A stretch of DNA of 64,000 nucleotides from Paraspadella gotoi (Eukaryota > Animalia > Chaetognatha). The notes beneath the pieces are model-generated. The model saw nothing but the letters and a program-made list of their open reading frames with translations. It did no database searches and was not told where the DNA came from. The stretch covers positions 3,143,575-3,207,574 of the forward strand of contig CM119264.1 in assembly GCA_051294375.1 (NCBI GenBank), in the 5' to 3' direction. Both the position numbers and the translations under genes were made by a program. This document shows positions 1-13,345 of the stretch, piece by piece; the stretch's first letter is position 1; every line of letters begins with the position of its first letter.

Positions 1-413
1 ATGACAGAACCGTTCAATATAAGCAGTCCCTGAGCTTCAGATCAGGCTGTAACACCATGTTACAGGCAGGTTAAGCGCCCCGTCCCTCTTAACTGCTGGA
101 CGACCACCGGGCTTGAACCCCGGACCTTTGGGTTGGGAGGCGAATGACTTGCCTCTGGCACCAATGGCCGCTGATGAACGGTTGGTGGATTTTAGTCCAC
201 CATACATCCCCCCCTCCCATAGGGAGATGTCTGTTGCGTCTCTTCAGTGAATTGTTGTTGATGGAAAGTTCGTCACCAAGTTGAGGCATGTTGCTTGATG
301 TGTTGTTGGTGGAAAGTGCATCGCCAGGTTGAGGCATGTCGCCTGAAAGTGTTGTTGTTGCTGTTGTGTTCGGAAGTCGGGCTCACCAATGAAGTGGATT
401 TTAGTCCACCATA
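1..413 (-). mobile_element. Miniature LTR retroelement family 1 (tRNA-like LTR): 3' LTR truncated by window edge, internal domain, internally deleted 5' LTR
   Basis: On the minus strand: collapsed LTR 413-390 (TATGGTGGACTAAAATCCA joined to CTTCA), PBS TGGTGAGCCCGAC (388-376), ~185 bp internal domain, PPT GGGAGGGGGGGA (218-207), then LTR 204-1. Near-identical to 13346-13981. Confidence 0.85.
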
Positions 414-1048
414 GATGGAAGATTTATTCTTCTGTAGAAACTATTTCGTTGATAGGATGTGAAAACGCCGTGGGAAACGAAGCGCCGCTATCGTCGGTTT
501 TTTCAGAATCTATCTCTCTGGCTCACCATGTCGCCGCCAGCGGCGTCAAAGCATCCCGCCCGACCTTTTTTCCCGCCGAATGTGTCTTCTACAAATGAGT
601 CAAATTTTAAGTCTGCATCGTTGTTCGCCGATGACGGCAACACCTGTTTGGAACCGGCGCCGTTGACGGTGACCCCCTGCGTTTCGGCGTCTGACAAAAG
701 CCGGCTCAACTTCGTCTCTACTCTTCCCCGATGATTCCGTCTACCGATCTTCAAATTTGGAGTCAATGTAGCGTCGCCTAGAGGTGTCTCTACCTGCCCT
801 GTCTTCCTCTGCTGCTTCCGTTGTGTTGTTGGAGGCGGTGCCGGCGGAGGCGCCGGTTGACGCCATCGGATCGTCCTGCATCTCCTCTAGCCAAGGGATT
901 GCCGACGTCGCGACTATTGGCAAAACTTTAGTTTTAACTGACAACGAAAACGACGACGAAGAGAAAGAAGAAGAAGAGAGAAAAAACTCAAATTTAAATT
1001 TGGCGATTGACTCTACTTTCGAAAGGATGACGCTAAAAATTCGCCACG

Positions 1049-1834
1049 ATGGCGCCGGTCTCTCTCAACATTTGCTGCGGCGTCAATGCCCCTTCGGCGG
1101 CATCGGATTCCAACATCTCGACGCCGTTTTGTCCGTTGGTCAACTCCGCTGTGGAGACGACAGGCTTCTTGAAGATTCAAGCGCAAATGCTCGCCTTCCA
1201 AATGCTCCAACAGCAGCGCCCAAAGGTTAAAACCGACGAAAATACAACGCGTCTGGACTATGAGCAGCAGCTTCGTGATTTCAAGAGTTGCGTAGTTTCG
1301 TTGGACTCTGCGACTTCGGCGGCCTTCCAAAATGGTCCGTCGAGAGATACGTCAATCGACGCAACGCGGCCGACGCCCTTCGCGATGCGATTCAATTGTT
1401 TAAGAGGAAATAGGGATTAAAAAGAACAACGACAGACGAAATGTTGCAGCAAGTCCTCACTGACGAAAAGCTCGACCGTGCGGCAGGACCCCACGCTCTT
1501 CTGATCAACCTGCAGCAAATCCAAGATCTCGCGCTGGAGATGGGCCAGCTGGTGGACCTGGACCGGGCGTCGGTGATGTCATATTTTCTAGCTTTGTCCA
1601 CTCTGCAGCGGGGATCATAAACTGAAATGCTGCGCCCAGTTCATCTCCATGGAACCGGCGTCGCAGCATCGTTTTATCGCCGCTGCTTTAATTGCCTGGG
1701 AAGTGGACATTGGATTGAAGACTGCTTTGCGATTGAAAGATGCTTCTGCGACGAGAATCATCATCATCCTCTTCTCCACTTCTGACGAGGAGATGAGTGA
1801 GCGGAACATCCTGGAATCTGCCATCGGACGATAG
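1049..1834 (+). pseudogene. Degraded GC-rich coding remnant, possibly LTR-retrotransposon gag (BEL/Pao-like)
   Basis: GC-rich island in an AT-rich background. Consecutive broken helical frames (DYEQQLRDFKSCV; LQQIQDLALEMGQLVDLDRASVMSYFLA; FIAAALIAWEVD). The family call is only a weak motif resemblance. Confidence 0.3.
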
Positions 1835-3484
1835 GACCGCCAGAAAGACTGACGACGATGTGACTTTGTCGGGTAGCCGTCGGGCGAGTGCCCGCTCCAC
1901 GCCCGGCTACGCCTATCGAGTTTCGCGACGAACAAATATGGGAGAAAAACTTTGCTTGAAATGGTATTTAATAGTCAGAAGTATGTTTATTTTCATTTTA
2001 GATATTTGATTCCAAAAGGTATTATAAAAGGTAATATAAAAAAATTTAAAAAAAATAAAAAAAATAAAAGCAATTAGTATTTGGGCAAAAATTTAAAAAA
2101 ATTTAAAATTTGAGATTTTATCAAATCTGCATATCTTTTAACTTTTACTGATAAGATATCATGCTTCTACTTCCAAATAACCTTAAGACTACAAAAATTT
2201 ATTAAAAATATATTTCATAGAATTCGCTTAATTGCTCACACTTTTGATATATTTTACCAACTGTGCTAAACTATCATGTGAGGAGACATAAAAATCAGAT
2301 TTTCTAACTGAAAATCTTGATAAGAATCGATATTTTTTATCAGAAAGCTGAAAAACTAAACCACGTGAGCCTTAAGGTATCTAATTTTAGCTAAACGTTA
2401 TTTGCGAAAATATGCCTCTACAATCTCGGCCATCTATACCATTTCAAGGTATTTCTATGCCATTACGTGGTAGCAATTTGCCATTAAAAAACGCATAGAG
2501 ATTTTTACTTTAAGGAAGGAAAGGCATGATATTTTTTTTTATCAGTGACAGTTACAAGATATGCAGATTTGATAAATTGTAGAAATGAGTCAGAAAACAA
2601 GAGCATTAAAAGGGAAATAATAAACTTTGCAACTGGTATTCTGTACTTTTCTTTTCTCTCTTTGGAATTAAATATTCCCAGTAACCTAATAAAAAAACAA
2701 ATACTGCATATAGAAATTTTGTTTCACAAAAAAGAACTGGACCTTTTGTTGTAAAAAAATTTCCTTGTTTATGGTGCCCTCTGGCCCTGTGCAAATGTGC
2801 GATTTTGTGTAAAGCGATGCAAGGGAAGAATAGGTGGGTGCAGACCAAATAGAAAATCTCTATAGAAATCAATAGGAATCTGAACCAAAATGCTGTTAGT
2901 AAGAAATGAAAGAAAACCTCCTCGTAGGAGAGAAGAAATGACGGGAAAAAATGATGGACGAAAAAAAAAAAGAAAAAAAATTGACCGAAATTCAAGGGCG
3001 GTATTGCAATTTACAATTATTATTTTCAAATAATTTGCACATTACTGGGCACCAGTATAATATAATATAGTATACAGGAAGGTGCAGCTCTAATGGGTCT
3101 AACTTCTAGTGCTTACAGCACAAAAACGGTTTGTGATAGAAGAAAAGCGAGACTACTTGGGCTTGAGGAGGATTCTTTTGTATTGCTTTAAAGTCGTGAG
3201 GATATTATGGGAGAACATTATGATATTTATTTAGAGAATTGACAAAGTTTTTGTTTGTCAATTCTCTAATCACTACTAACGACGAAAAAGAAAGGATTAC
3301 TTCAATATATTTATTTAGAAAAGAGTGAAATATTTTAAATTAACATTGCTTAACCATAATTTGTTTGCTTAAATTAAATTAAATATTATTAGGCAAGGTT
3401 AACCAAAATATTCTCTCTTTTTTCTAAATAAATATGCTCCAATATGATATATGATTTGATATGATATGATGTATAATATGGTAT

Positions 3485-3601
3485 TATGGTGGACTAAAAT
3501 CCACCAACCGTTCATCAGCGGCCATTGGTGCCGGAGGCAAGTCATTCGCTTCTGGCACCAATGGCCGCTGATGAACGGTTGGTGGATTTTAGTCCACCAT
3601 A
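3485..3601. mobile_element. 117-bp palindromic element made of two family-1 LTR 5' ends head-to-head, 4-bp TSD GTAT
   Basis: TATGGTGGACTAAAATCCACCAACCGTTCATCAGCGGCCATTGGTGCC...GGCACCAATGGCCGCTGATGAACGGTTGGTGGATTTTAGTCCACCATA, flanked by GTAT (3481-3484) and GTAT (3602-3605). Confidence 0.85.
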
Positions 3602-3734
3602 GTATATGATAAATATGATAAAATGTTCTTCCATGTTGAAAATAAAAAATTACGCCAAAACTTTCTTTCATTTCAGTCACTTTTGTAGGTTTTAATACAG
3701 ATATCGACAAGTTACCCTTTTATTGCTTGTACTC

Positions 3735-4292
3735 TAAGGCGGGCCAGCATTTAAATTTTTTTACAATATGAAATAGTCTGAAATAAAAGTCATTTGTCCT
3801 TTTACAACCACATTGGCTTATGATGTTAGATTATGACTAAATTCATTTTTCTCACGCATGGAAGCATTTTAAATTTTTAATATTTAACAATATATAAAAA
3901 ATTCTTAATTTTTTTTTTAAATTTTAATTTTTAAAAATAGATTCTTATAATGATTAAAAACTTAGATAAAGTTAAGTATTACAAATTTTAAAAAATTTAA
4001 TGATAAATAGGTTTAAATTGGAAAAAACCTTAAAAAATCATCATCATCATTCAATAAATTTGATAGTTTTTTTAGTTTTTATAAACAAAAGCTCTATCAG
4101 AATCCGATAAAAAAAAAAGAAATTACCCAAAATAAATTTTTGACATTATATAGTATTTTGATAATATAATATAGCATCCATGCATTTAACTATAAGATAA
4201 ATCTTAAATTTTTTTTATTTTCATGCTCTTTAATGAACATATTAACAATATTTATACCGGACTTCTGTTAGTATGTAACCTGTTCCGCCTTA
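3735..4292. mobile_element. hAT-like MITE
   Basis: Termini TAAGGCGG...CCGCCTTA. Imperfect 8-bp flanks TTGTACTC/TAGTACAC. Internal sequence is related in inverted orientation to 29297-29852. Confidence 0.55.
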
Positions 4293-4416
4293 TAGTACAC
4301 AATGTTCACAATAAATATTAGGTAATTAAAAAATTAAAAAATAAATAAATAAATAAATACAAAGTGAGATATGAAATTAGCAATGATTTTTACTTTTTAA
4401 TACTTTTTACTTTTTA

Positions 4417-7400
4417 CTACTTAAAATATATAAACCCACAAAGAATAGGAAAAAGCATGAAGAAATAAAGAAAAATATTAAAATCGTTTTGATTTTCTAA
4501 ATTGATAAACTTCAAGAGCTCTTTGAAAACCATGCCAGGTTCTAAGTTGTTTTTTGAATGATCTTTTCTAAGCACCAACAAATTCATTGCTTTTTTATAG
4601 TAGAACAAAGAAAAAGAGAATGAGGGCGTCTCCGTTGAAAGAAAATCTATAGGAAAATTATTTCTAGGATTGGAAATTAATTTATTCAATATAATTAAAT
4701 CATCCTGAGTCCTATTTGTTTTTGGCATTAAATTTTGTCCATTGAAAATGAATATTGGAGGTATAACTAAAAAAATTATAAATGATAATTTTGTACAATA
4801 TATATGTAATCTTTTACATTTAATTTTTAAAAGTGCAATTGCAATCCAAATAATCAAAGGCAGAAATGAAATGTTACAATAAATAGAAAAAGATTGACTT
4901 TTCTGGCTCAGACTAACCATGGCATCATGACAATTTTCAAAAGGAAAATTCTTAAAATTTTTTCGATAAAACTTCATTTTAAAAATTATTTCCATCTCAT
5001 GCGTTGTATCGCGAGTTCCTAATGTCAAGAAACCAGCGACCGAAAGCCCGAACGAAATTATTCCAATTAAACAAAATGACTGTTGAATATCCATAGACAA
5101 ATTTGACCAAGACCTTTTGTCAAAGGCCTCCAAAAATAAAAGAACAAAGTAAGATGTAATTGAAGTAAAACAATATTTGGTAAAAGTTGTAAAGCTTTTG
5201 TACCGAAATTCATTAAATTCATAAAGAGAATTGAGATTCAAACCAGCAAAACACTTAAAATTGTTGCATTGCGAAAAACCCAAATCTGAGAATGCGTGAG
5301 TGTAATTGATCGTTGCATAGATGTTGAGGGCAACCACGGTCAAAGGTGAGAGTGAAGCGATGGCCAATAGAGCTATCTTTGCTTGTTGCTTTCTTTGCAG
5401 CAGATGGATGAAGAGGTAAATGAAGCCCAAAATCAAATCTATGTTCAACATCAGAAGAATTCGTAAGTGAGTAGGATCAAGAAATTTGTAATTTCCGACT
5501 GCGTCATATTGAACTGGAATAAGTTTCCATTGAGGCCAAGAGAAACTAATCAGAGAAAAGAAATTGTATTAATGACAAAATATTTAACTATTTTCTTATT
5601 CGATAACTATTTAATTTTTTTGTTTTTATATTGAATTGTCAAATGAGAAAGTTTCAAATTTTTAGTAACTTGAAGTTTGAAATCTAAGGAATAGAAACAA
5701 TTAGAGAATCAGACATATAGTTTTAATATATACAAATATAAATCTACCCTAAATCGAGGTCGAATTACTTTTAGAGCAGTAGATTTTTTTTTAAAAATTA
5801 AAGAACATTACCTGAATTATTTTTTTTAAAAATAGTGCAACAAAGCAAAAAACAAAAAAATTCATCATTAATTTATGCAATAAGCAGTACAAAAATCAGA
5901 CTAAATTTTCATAATGTTACCGGTTTTGTGGGTGAGTTGCAAAGTATTGTTGTAATGATACTATAATGTCAGCAGTTATAATTCTTTCCCATCTTTTATG
6001 ATCAATTATACCAATTTTCTTGTAACATACATTTGGATATCTATGACCAGGGATATAAATTTTGTTATAATAAATGATTTTTGGAGATTGAGCCCAATGG
6101 TCTTTACCTTTATAAGATAAACTCTCCATAAACTTGACTCTCTTTGAAAATAAATTTACAGTGATGCGTGTATCTTCATTAAGAAAAATGGAGACTACCA
6201 GAACTGACATTGAGATCCTTATAAAATATTGGGCAAATGATATCTGTTTCTTTTCTAGAGAATCCCGCCCAAACAATCTGGACAGATAATCTCTCAACTC
6301 TGAAAAAGTAAAAATCCTTAGGAGTGCAAATGGTGACAAAATTGCAAACCAGATTGATGTCTTTAGGGTCCAAACATATATCAAATAAATATTTAAAACA
6401 AGACCAATGCAACTTTCTATGAGGCCAATTATTCCAACAAATGATGTCAGTTCATCACGAGATTTAACAGCAAAAGAGGCTAAGCTGATACTTGAGAGAC
6501 CAAAAGAGATGATAGTATTGTATTCATTAATCTCCCACCTGCAAGAATTTCTATTGCAGGTGCAGGGTTTGGACGTTTGGGTAAATGTTCCATTATTCCC
6601 AATTTTGTACAAAATAAATGTTTTACTAAATGAAAATGAAAGAGTTTTTATAATAACTGAAAATATCTTAACATCCTAAATAATACCATCGCAGAGAATG
6701 GATTACCAAGTAGCTTGCCTCTCTTGGCTTCTCCGTCTTTATGAGAGTTCCGATGACCGTTAATTTTTTAAGAAATTCGCTTAACCGTTAAAACTAACAT
6801 TTTTAATGGTTAACCGTTAAGATCGGTTAATTTTATAATTTAACTTTAAATTTAAAATATTAAGATTTAAAACAAACTAAAGTATTTAATGGTATTTTCC
6901 CTTTAACTCTGGCTCTTGAATGCGCTGATAAAGACTTGAAACAGAGTCGAAACATGTCTGTTTTTTATGTCAAATTATATTGTTGTTGTAACAAAACAAA
7001 TATTTTTGTTAATCTCATAACACAACGAAACGAAAGGATACCATCAAATTCTAATTCTATATTTTGTTTTCTCTTTCTCTCTTTTGCTTTTTCTTTCTCT
7101 ACTTCTTCTCTTCCTCATTATTTTTGGAGTTGTTTGTTTCTTAAACGCTTGTTTTCTGTTGTTAGTCTTTCATAAACTATGACCAATGGTCCTTGACCAT
7201 AAATATAAATATGAATTTTAATTTATTGATAGACTAGTTGATTTATCGATTGATCAAAATATTTATTGATGAATAAATATATTTTTCAGTTTAATTAAAA
7301 AGTATATCATCATTATTCTTTTTTATATGTCTTTTTTAAGATTCGTTCCTTCTATTATTAATTTTTAAATTTTTTTAAATAATTTTTTTTATTTGTTTTT

Positions 7401-10400
7401 TTATTAATTTTTTTTATTCATTTGGTTTTATTTCATTTGCTTCTTTAATCGTTTTAAAGAAGGAAAGAAAAAGAGAGAAAAAGTAAAATAAGCTGGATTA
7501 TTTATTTTTAGTTAAATTGAATATATTATTGCATGAAAGGGCAAAAAAAGGAAAAAGGTAAAACAAAGGGCAAAAAAAGGAGAAAAAAGAAAGGGGGAAA
7601 GAAAAAGGGGAAGTGAGAAAGAAAAAGAAAGGAACAGGAGATAAATAAAGGGGAAGAGAGAGATTAGGATAGAAAAAAATAAAAAATAACAAAAGAAAAA
7701 ATCAGGAAAAAAGTGGAGAAGAGAGAGAGGGGTAAAAATATGGTGAGGAGAGGAGAATAAGAGAAAACAGGAAAAAAATATATTTTTTTTTAAATTTAAA
7801 GACTTCATACCAAAAAATGAAAAAAATCACATTTGAAAATTAATCGAATTTAACCGTTAAAATAAATATATTAACGGTTAAGTTAAAATTTTTTTTAACC
7901 ATTAATAACCGTTAACAGTTAACGGTTATCGGAACACTAGTCTTTAGTTAAGATTTAGGAGTTATACTTTTTATATATTTTTATATATAAAGGAACAAGT
8001 TTGAGCAAACAATGTCGGATCACCATATGATAATTAATTGATTAATTAATAATTAATAATTAACTGATCATAACAGATCATACCATGCCAAACCAGTGGC
8101 TGCGCCAATACATGTAAATCACTTGAAATGGATTAAACTGAACTTTTACTGTGGTACAAATAGTTTTTTTGACTAGTATTATTTTTTCAACTTGTATTAT
8201 TTTTTCAAACTTGCATCATTTTTAAATTAGCATCATTTTTTCAACTCACATCATTTTTTCAACTAGCATCATTTTTTAAACTCACATCATTTTTTAAACT
8301 CACATCATTTTTCATCTTGTATCATTTTTTAATCTAGTATAATTTTTTCAACTTGCATCATTTTTTTAACTCGCATAATTTTTTCAACTTGCATCATTTT
8401 TTCAACTCGCATCAAACGCAAAGCGATTGCGACGATCTTGTAACGCTTTTGCACATAAGTGGCGTCGTCGCTGTCGTCCTCTTTGTCGTCGTCGGCGTTC
8501 CAACTTATCGATTACCTTTTTGATGATTAAATTTGGGTGTATGAAGCTGAAAATTTATATACAGTTTCTCATCATCGAGGTCCTTGAAATTGGGTGAGGA
8601 CGGTTATTAAATACGTTTTGTTTACGTTTTATCAAAACAAACAAATTTCCTCTATTATTTTTATTATTTTTATTTTTAAGAAAACATAAAAAAATTTGAA
8701 AGTTGTAATTATATTTTGTATTTATTTTTTTATGCTCTATCATAATCCATCAAAAAGTTAAGATTGATTAAAAAAAATTTTTATCATTATATAGTTATTT
8801 TATAATTTAGATAGTAACAATAAAAGCATTAAAATTGAACTTTTTTGAAAAATTATTTTTTTACCTGAAAGTAGACTTTAAGACTAAAGTTTTGAACGCC
8901 CGACCCTATTGAATTTAATTTCACAGTAGATTTCTACTTATATTTTTTTCCATTTAAACTCATTTCCACTTTTACGACTCCATCGAAACTTTATATCCAG
9001 CTTTATCACACACTTTCCTACCCACACACAAAATGTACTCTCAAACTATCCACCCAATTATGATTAATTAGAGTAATTATGGATTAAAATTAGTAAAATA
9101 TTTAAGTAAATGGACTTCTGTTGCTTCCATTTATACTAATTTTCACTCCCACGATTCCATCGAAACTATATATCCAGCTCAATCACACACTTTTCTAACC
9201 ACACACAATATTTCATTACAATACAACCATCCAATCACCAGTAATTAGTGTTTTATGCTATGGGTGACAGACAAACAGACGGACATCATTTTTTTTGCAT
9301 AATTTATCATAATTCGATGTTCTGACATGATTTAAGTTAATACCCAACACGATTAAGGGGGGGAACGATGGACCGACAAAGTCGAGAAGCTGATAAGTAG
9401 ATCTGACTAAAAACACATATATTTTGTCTATTGATTAGCGTATTATATTATATATATTGCGCTGATGAAGAGTCAAACATGTTTTTTTAAGTTGCGCCGC
9501 GAGTCGGACGTCAGTCGGTCTGTCGGTCCATCCGTCGGTCGGTCGGTATGTCTGTCTGTCGGTCTGTCCCACTGACGTTGAAAACACTTATTGCTTTCAG
9601 TTTGTTGCTCATTTGTTAAAACAAAAAAACCTCAAATCTATGAGACTAGTAGCGTCGCTTTTCGTTTTTAAAAATCTTACAAACTATAAGGAATAAAACA
9701 GGTGATTCTGATGCAGGGTGGTCGTATATACATGGAAATACAAGGGATAAGAAAGTAAAAAGAAAAGTAATGTGGCGCAACACCTTGGAATAACTGTTCT
9801 TTGTTTCCATAAAAAAATTGTTGTATGTTAACTTTAACACTTTGGGTTTTTTCTCTAGTAAATCTAAAAAAGCAACGAAAAGAAAGTTCAACACAATGTT
9901 TATACATGTATATTTCCAAAAACTGATTTACCCGCGTACTCGAAAACACTGCTCAGTGGTTCCACTTGTCAAGGCCAAAATAATTGCTAAAGCCTGAAGC
10001 AAAAATTGAGGAAAAGACTCAAACAAGATGTGCAGAAAATCAAGGGATGTGATAAAGGACATTTTTGATGACTTCAATATTGCAGAATGGGCATTGCAAT
10101 GTTTGTAGTGGTCAAGACGCTCATCCAAGTAAAATAACACATTTCCAAGACCAAAGACGCATAGACCACAAGTTCCAAATTTTCTCCAAATGCCAGAACT
10201 GAGTCGTGGATACAATGATGGATTGGTGGATAATGTTCGCCAGATTCGCCCACCAGAAACGCTGTTGTGAACGAAAAGCACAATGCCCATAGCAATTCCA
10301 ACGTGTTGCTCCATGAAAAATTCTCTTTGGTAGAATCTGATCATCGTTAACAAATCAGTGATGGTGTCAAAAATGCTGAGAAAGAAAAAGACCAAAGCAG

Positions 10401-10425
10401 CCATTATGATCTTTTGATTCTCCAT
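4417..10425 (-). CDS. XK-related-like multi-pass membrane protein, copy A (~775 aa; exons 10425-9932, 6625-5921, 5545-4417)
   Basis: TM1 FDTITDLLTMIRFY and LFESFPQFLLQ match XK-family DxxTD and ESxPQxxLQ motifs. Both GT-AG introns are phase 2 and join in frame (494+705+1129=2328 nt). The same structure recurs in copies C and D. Confidence 0.8.
6743..7939. mobile_element. hAT-like MITE in intron 1 of copy A
   Basis: Terminal inverted repeats GTTCCGATGACCGTTAA / TTAACGGTTATCGGAAC, multiple subterminal TTAACCGTTAA motifs, 8-bp flanks GTCTTTAT/GTCTTTAG. Confidence 0.65.
6919..6963 (+). ncRNA. Degenerate Penelope-type minimal hammerhead ribozyme (core mutated CUGAUAA)
   Basis: CTGATAA-a-GACT-tgaaacag-AGTC-GAAA-CATG-TC. 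Followed by the same ...CACAACGAAACGAAAGGAT tail as the copy at 19874. Confidence 0.55.
7994..9412 (-). mobile_element. Helentron/HINE-like non-autonomous element
   Basis: Ends match the family consensus TTTTAGTC(G/A)GATCT... and ...GATCCGACATTGTTTGCTCAAACTTGTT. Internal 18-bp (AACTCGCATCATTTTTTC)n array and GACA/GACG microsatellite. Confidence 0.7.
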
Positions 10426-11423
10426 GTTAAGATATAAAGAAATTTAGGATTTTTATGACCTGGAAATTAGCAACATACAATATCTGTTATAAGGGCAAGT
10501 GACAATAGTGTAAAATGAATTAAAGCTAGTCAATATAATAAATTTATGTATATAAATAAGATTTAGGTCAAGTCCGAATTTTGACACTGTACTCAGCTAA
10601 AAGTTGTATTTTCTATTACTAAACATGGTTTACTACTTTTTTTTTAAATTCGTTCAGTTTGCTGGCCGCAGTTTTGAACAATCAAAATATGCAAATTAGC
10701 TGCCGGCGACAGATCATTTTATTAAGATTTTGTGCTTAAATTTTGTTTTTATCCATAACAACCATTTAATATAATAGTTTAGACTAATATGAATGATTAA
10801 AGAATTATAACAAAGCTTTTAAAAATAATAACAAGATAAATATATTAAGAATATTATGTTTAAAACATGAATCCCTCTTTTGTTTAAGACTGTCATTGGA
10901 CTCTATTAAAAAGTGAATGAAAAGTGAATGGGCTGCCCAGCCCTTCTGTCAGTGTTAATAGCCCTATCATTCCCTTACTTGCTTATTTAGCACTAAAAGA
11001 TTTTAAAGATTAAGTATTTACCCAATATTTTTTACAAAGATGTTGAATGGAACACCATCATCCACCAGGTTAAGATCATAAAATGTCAAGTTTCTTGTTT
11101 ATTATTAGATTTTACAAGTTTGAGCAAAAAATGTCGGAACTGCCTACAATAATTTAGCAGTAAGTAGCTAATCAGATGGAATGTCCAATGAATGTGACAA
11201 GAAAATCCATAAATAAATAGAGAGAGAAACATTACTAATCATAACTAGATCATAACATTATGATTAACTTATTTCTAAATTAATCAATTAAAAAATTTAT
11301 AAATCAATTATTTAACCAAATTAACCATCAATCAATAAATCAATCAATCAATCAATCAGATAAATAGAGAGAGAGAGAAACTTTTAAAAATTCAGTGCAA
11401 TGAAACGTCTATGAAATATTATG

Positions 11424-12107
11424 AAACAAGTTTGAGCAAACAATGTCGGATCTTCCTACAATAATTAAGCGGTAATCTGCTAATCAGATGATAAATCACA
11501 ATATTTTTTTAAATTTTTTTTTACTCGCATCATTTTTTTAACTCGCATCATTTTTTCAACTCGCATAATTTTTTCAACTTGCATAATTTTTTCAACTTGC
11601 ATATGGACGGATTGATTGACTAATTAATTAATTATTGATAAATTATTAATTATTAATTGATTAATTATTGATTAATTAATTGACTAATTGATTAATTAAT
11701 TGATTAATTATTTGATTTATTAATACATCATTTACATTTAATATAAAAGGAAAAAGAAGCATAATCAATTAGTGAAACAGGTTTTTTGTTTTTTTCCATT
11801 TAAACTCATTTCCACTCGGACGATTCCATCGAAACTTTATATACAGCTCAATCACAGACTTCCCTACCCACACACAAAATTTTATTCCAATCCATCCATC
11901 CAATCACGAGTAATTGGTGTTTTTTGCTAAGGTGGGACGGACGGACGGACGGACGGACGGACGGACATCATTTTTTTGCATAATTTATCATAAATCGATG
12001 TTCTGACATGATATAAGTTAGTGCCCGACAATATTGAGGGGGCGGACCGACGGCCGACAAAGTGAAATATAGAGTCGGGATCTGCTGATAAGCAGATCCG
12101 ACTAAAA
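11424..12107 (-). mobile_element. Helentron/HINE-like element (plus truncated 3' end at ~11115)
   Basis: 5' palindrome AGTCGGATCTGCT-TATC-AGCAGATCCCGACT, (GGAC)n, 18-bp minisatellite, 3' subTIR plus GTTT-GCTC-AAAC hairpin. Confidence 0.7.
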
Positions 12108-12115
12108 AATTTGTA

Positions 12116-12971
12116 CATGGTGACAATTTTACAAGCGCCGGTAAAAAAACGCTGTCATTTGCAAACCAGTGGTTATTTCATTGATTTTAAAAATTATTTG
12201 AGTAGAAAAAATTAAAGTAATTTATTTGTTTAAATTTTATATTGATCAGTTAAGATATGCCCTGACAATGAGTGGAGAAAGTTGGCTTGCAAAATCGGGT
12301 TTCATTTTCCAACTCACTGTGTTTAAATTCTTTTTTTTCAACTTTTAGCACTTTTTTAAACAGCCCAGCTTTGGTTCAATTAAGAGAGTCAAAAGTGAAT
12401 TATGTAAAATTTTAAATATTTTTTTAAAATATATGACCTGTTTAAATTATTATAACCTAAAATATTATTGTTTATATAAGTATCATGAAAGAGCCTGAAA
12501 AAAGAAGATTTATGATAGCCAATCACAATTTAATAAAAATCATAAATTTACCCTCCAGTTATTGATTTTTGGAAAGATGTCTCATTTTTGAGTATCCTAA
12601 TTAAATTAAAGCTGGGCCGGTTAAATTTTATACTACAGCATTTGTAAATACGTCATTCTATTTAGATTTGAAAGGGCTTTCAGAAGATAATAATATTAAT
12701 AATATTTTGTTTCAAATTTCTTCAGAAAACTTACTGAAAGTAAGAGAAAAAAATTGAATCTAAAAAAAGTTAGTTGGAAAATGAAACCCGATTTTACAAG
12801 CCAACTTTCTCCACTCACTGTCAAGGCATATCTTAACTGATCAATATAAAATTTGAACATATAAATTACTTTAGTATTTTCTACTCAACTAATTTTTAAA
12901 AATCAATGAAATTACCACAGGTTTGCAAATGACAGCGTATTTCTACCGGCGCTTGTAAAATTGTCACCATG
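12116..12971. mobile_element. Tc1/mariner-type MITE with ~200-bp TIRs, TA TSD
   Basis: TA|CATGGTGACAATTTTACAAGCGCCGGTA ... TACCGGCGCTTGTAAAATTGTCACCATG|TA. The inverted match extends to about 12312/12774. Confidence 0.85.
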
Positions 12972-13345
12972 TACATGTACAGTTTTGTACACTCTTTGGT
13001 GCAAGAACACTTTTCAGCAAATATGCAAAAAAAATTTAAAAAAAAACTGTTTTGAAATCTTAACATTTATTGGATTAGTACAAGAATAAATATGGCCTAC
13101 TCCGTAAATTGTAAAATTTATATAAATTTTTTATTACATAATTGTTCATTAGTATAATGTTGTTCATTCCTAACTTTTAGAATTTTAATTAAAGTTAAAT
13201 TTAGAAATTTTACTACGCCTTACTATACACATTATTGCCTATGTTTCAACATTTTCACTGTGTTATGTCTCTCCAATGTTTTACCTCATTCATAATAGAT
13301 GTCTCCCTACTCTCTATGTCATGGACCTCCACAAAAGCAAGTTAT

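Noticed and set aside
170-204. CTGATGA in the family-1 LTR as a retrozyme hammerhead
   Set aside because: No downstream stem II-GAAA-stem III arrangement, and the copies at 24977 (CTGACGA) and 47712 (CTAATGA) vary without structural support.
6407-6679. Antisense ORF MQLSMRPIIPTND... conserved in three copies
   Set aside because: Shadow of exon 2 on the opposite strand; conservation follows from the recent duplication.
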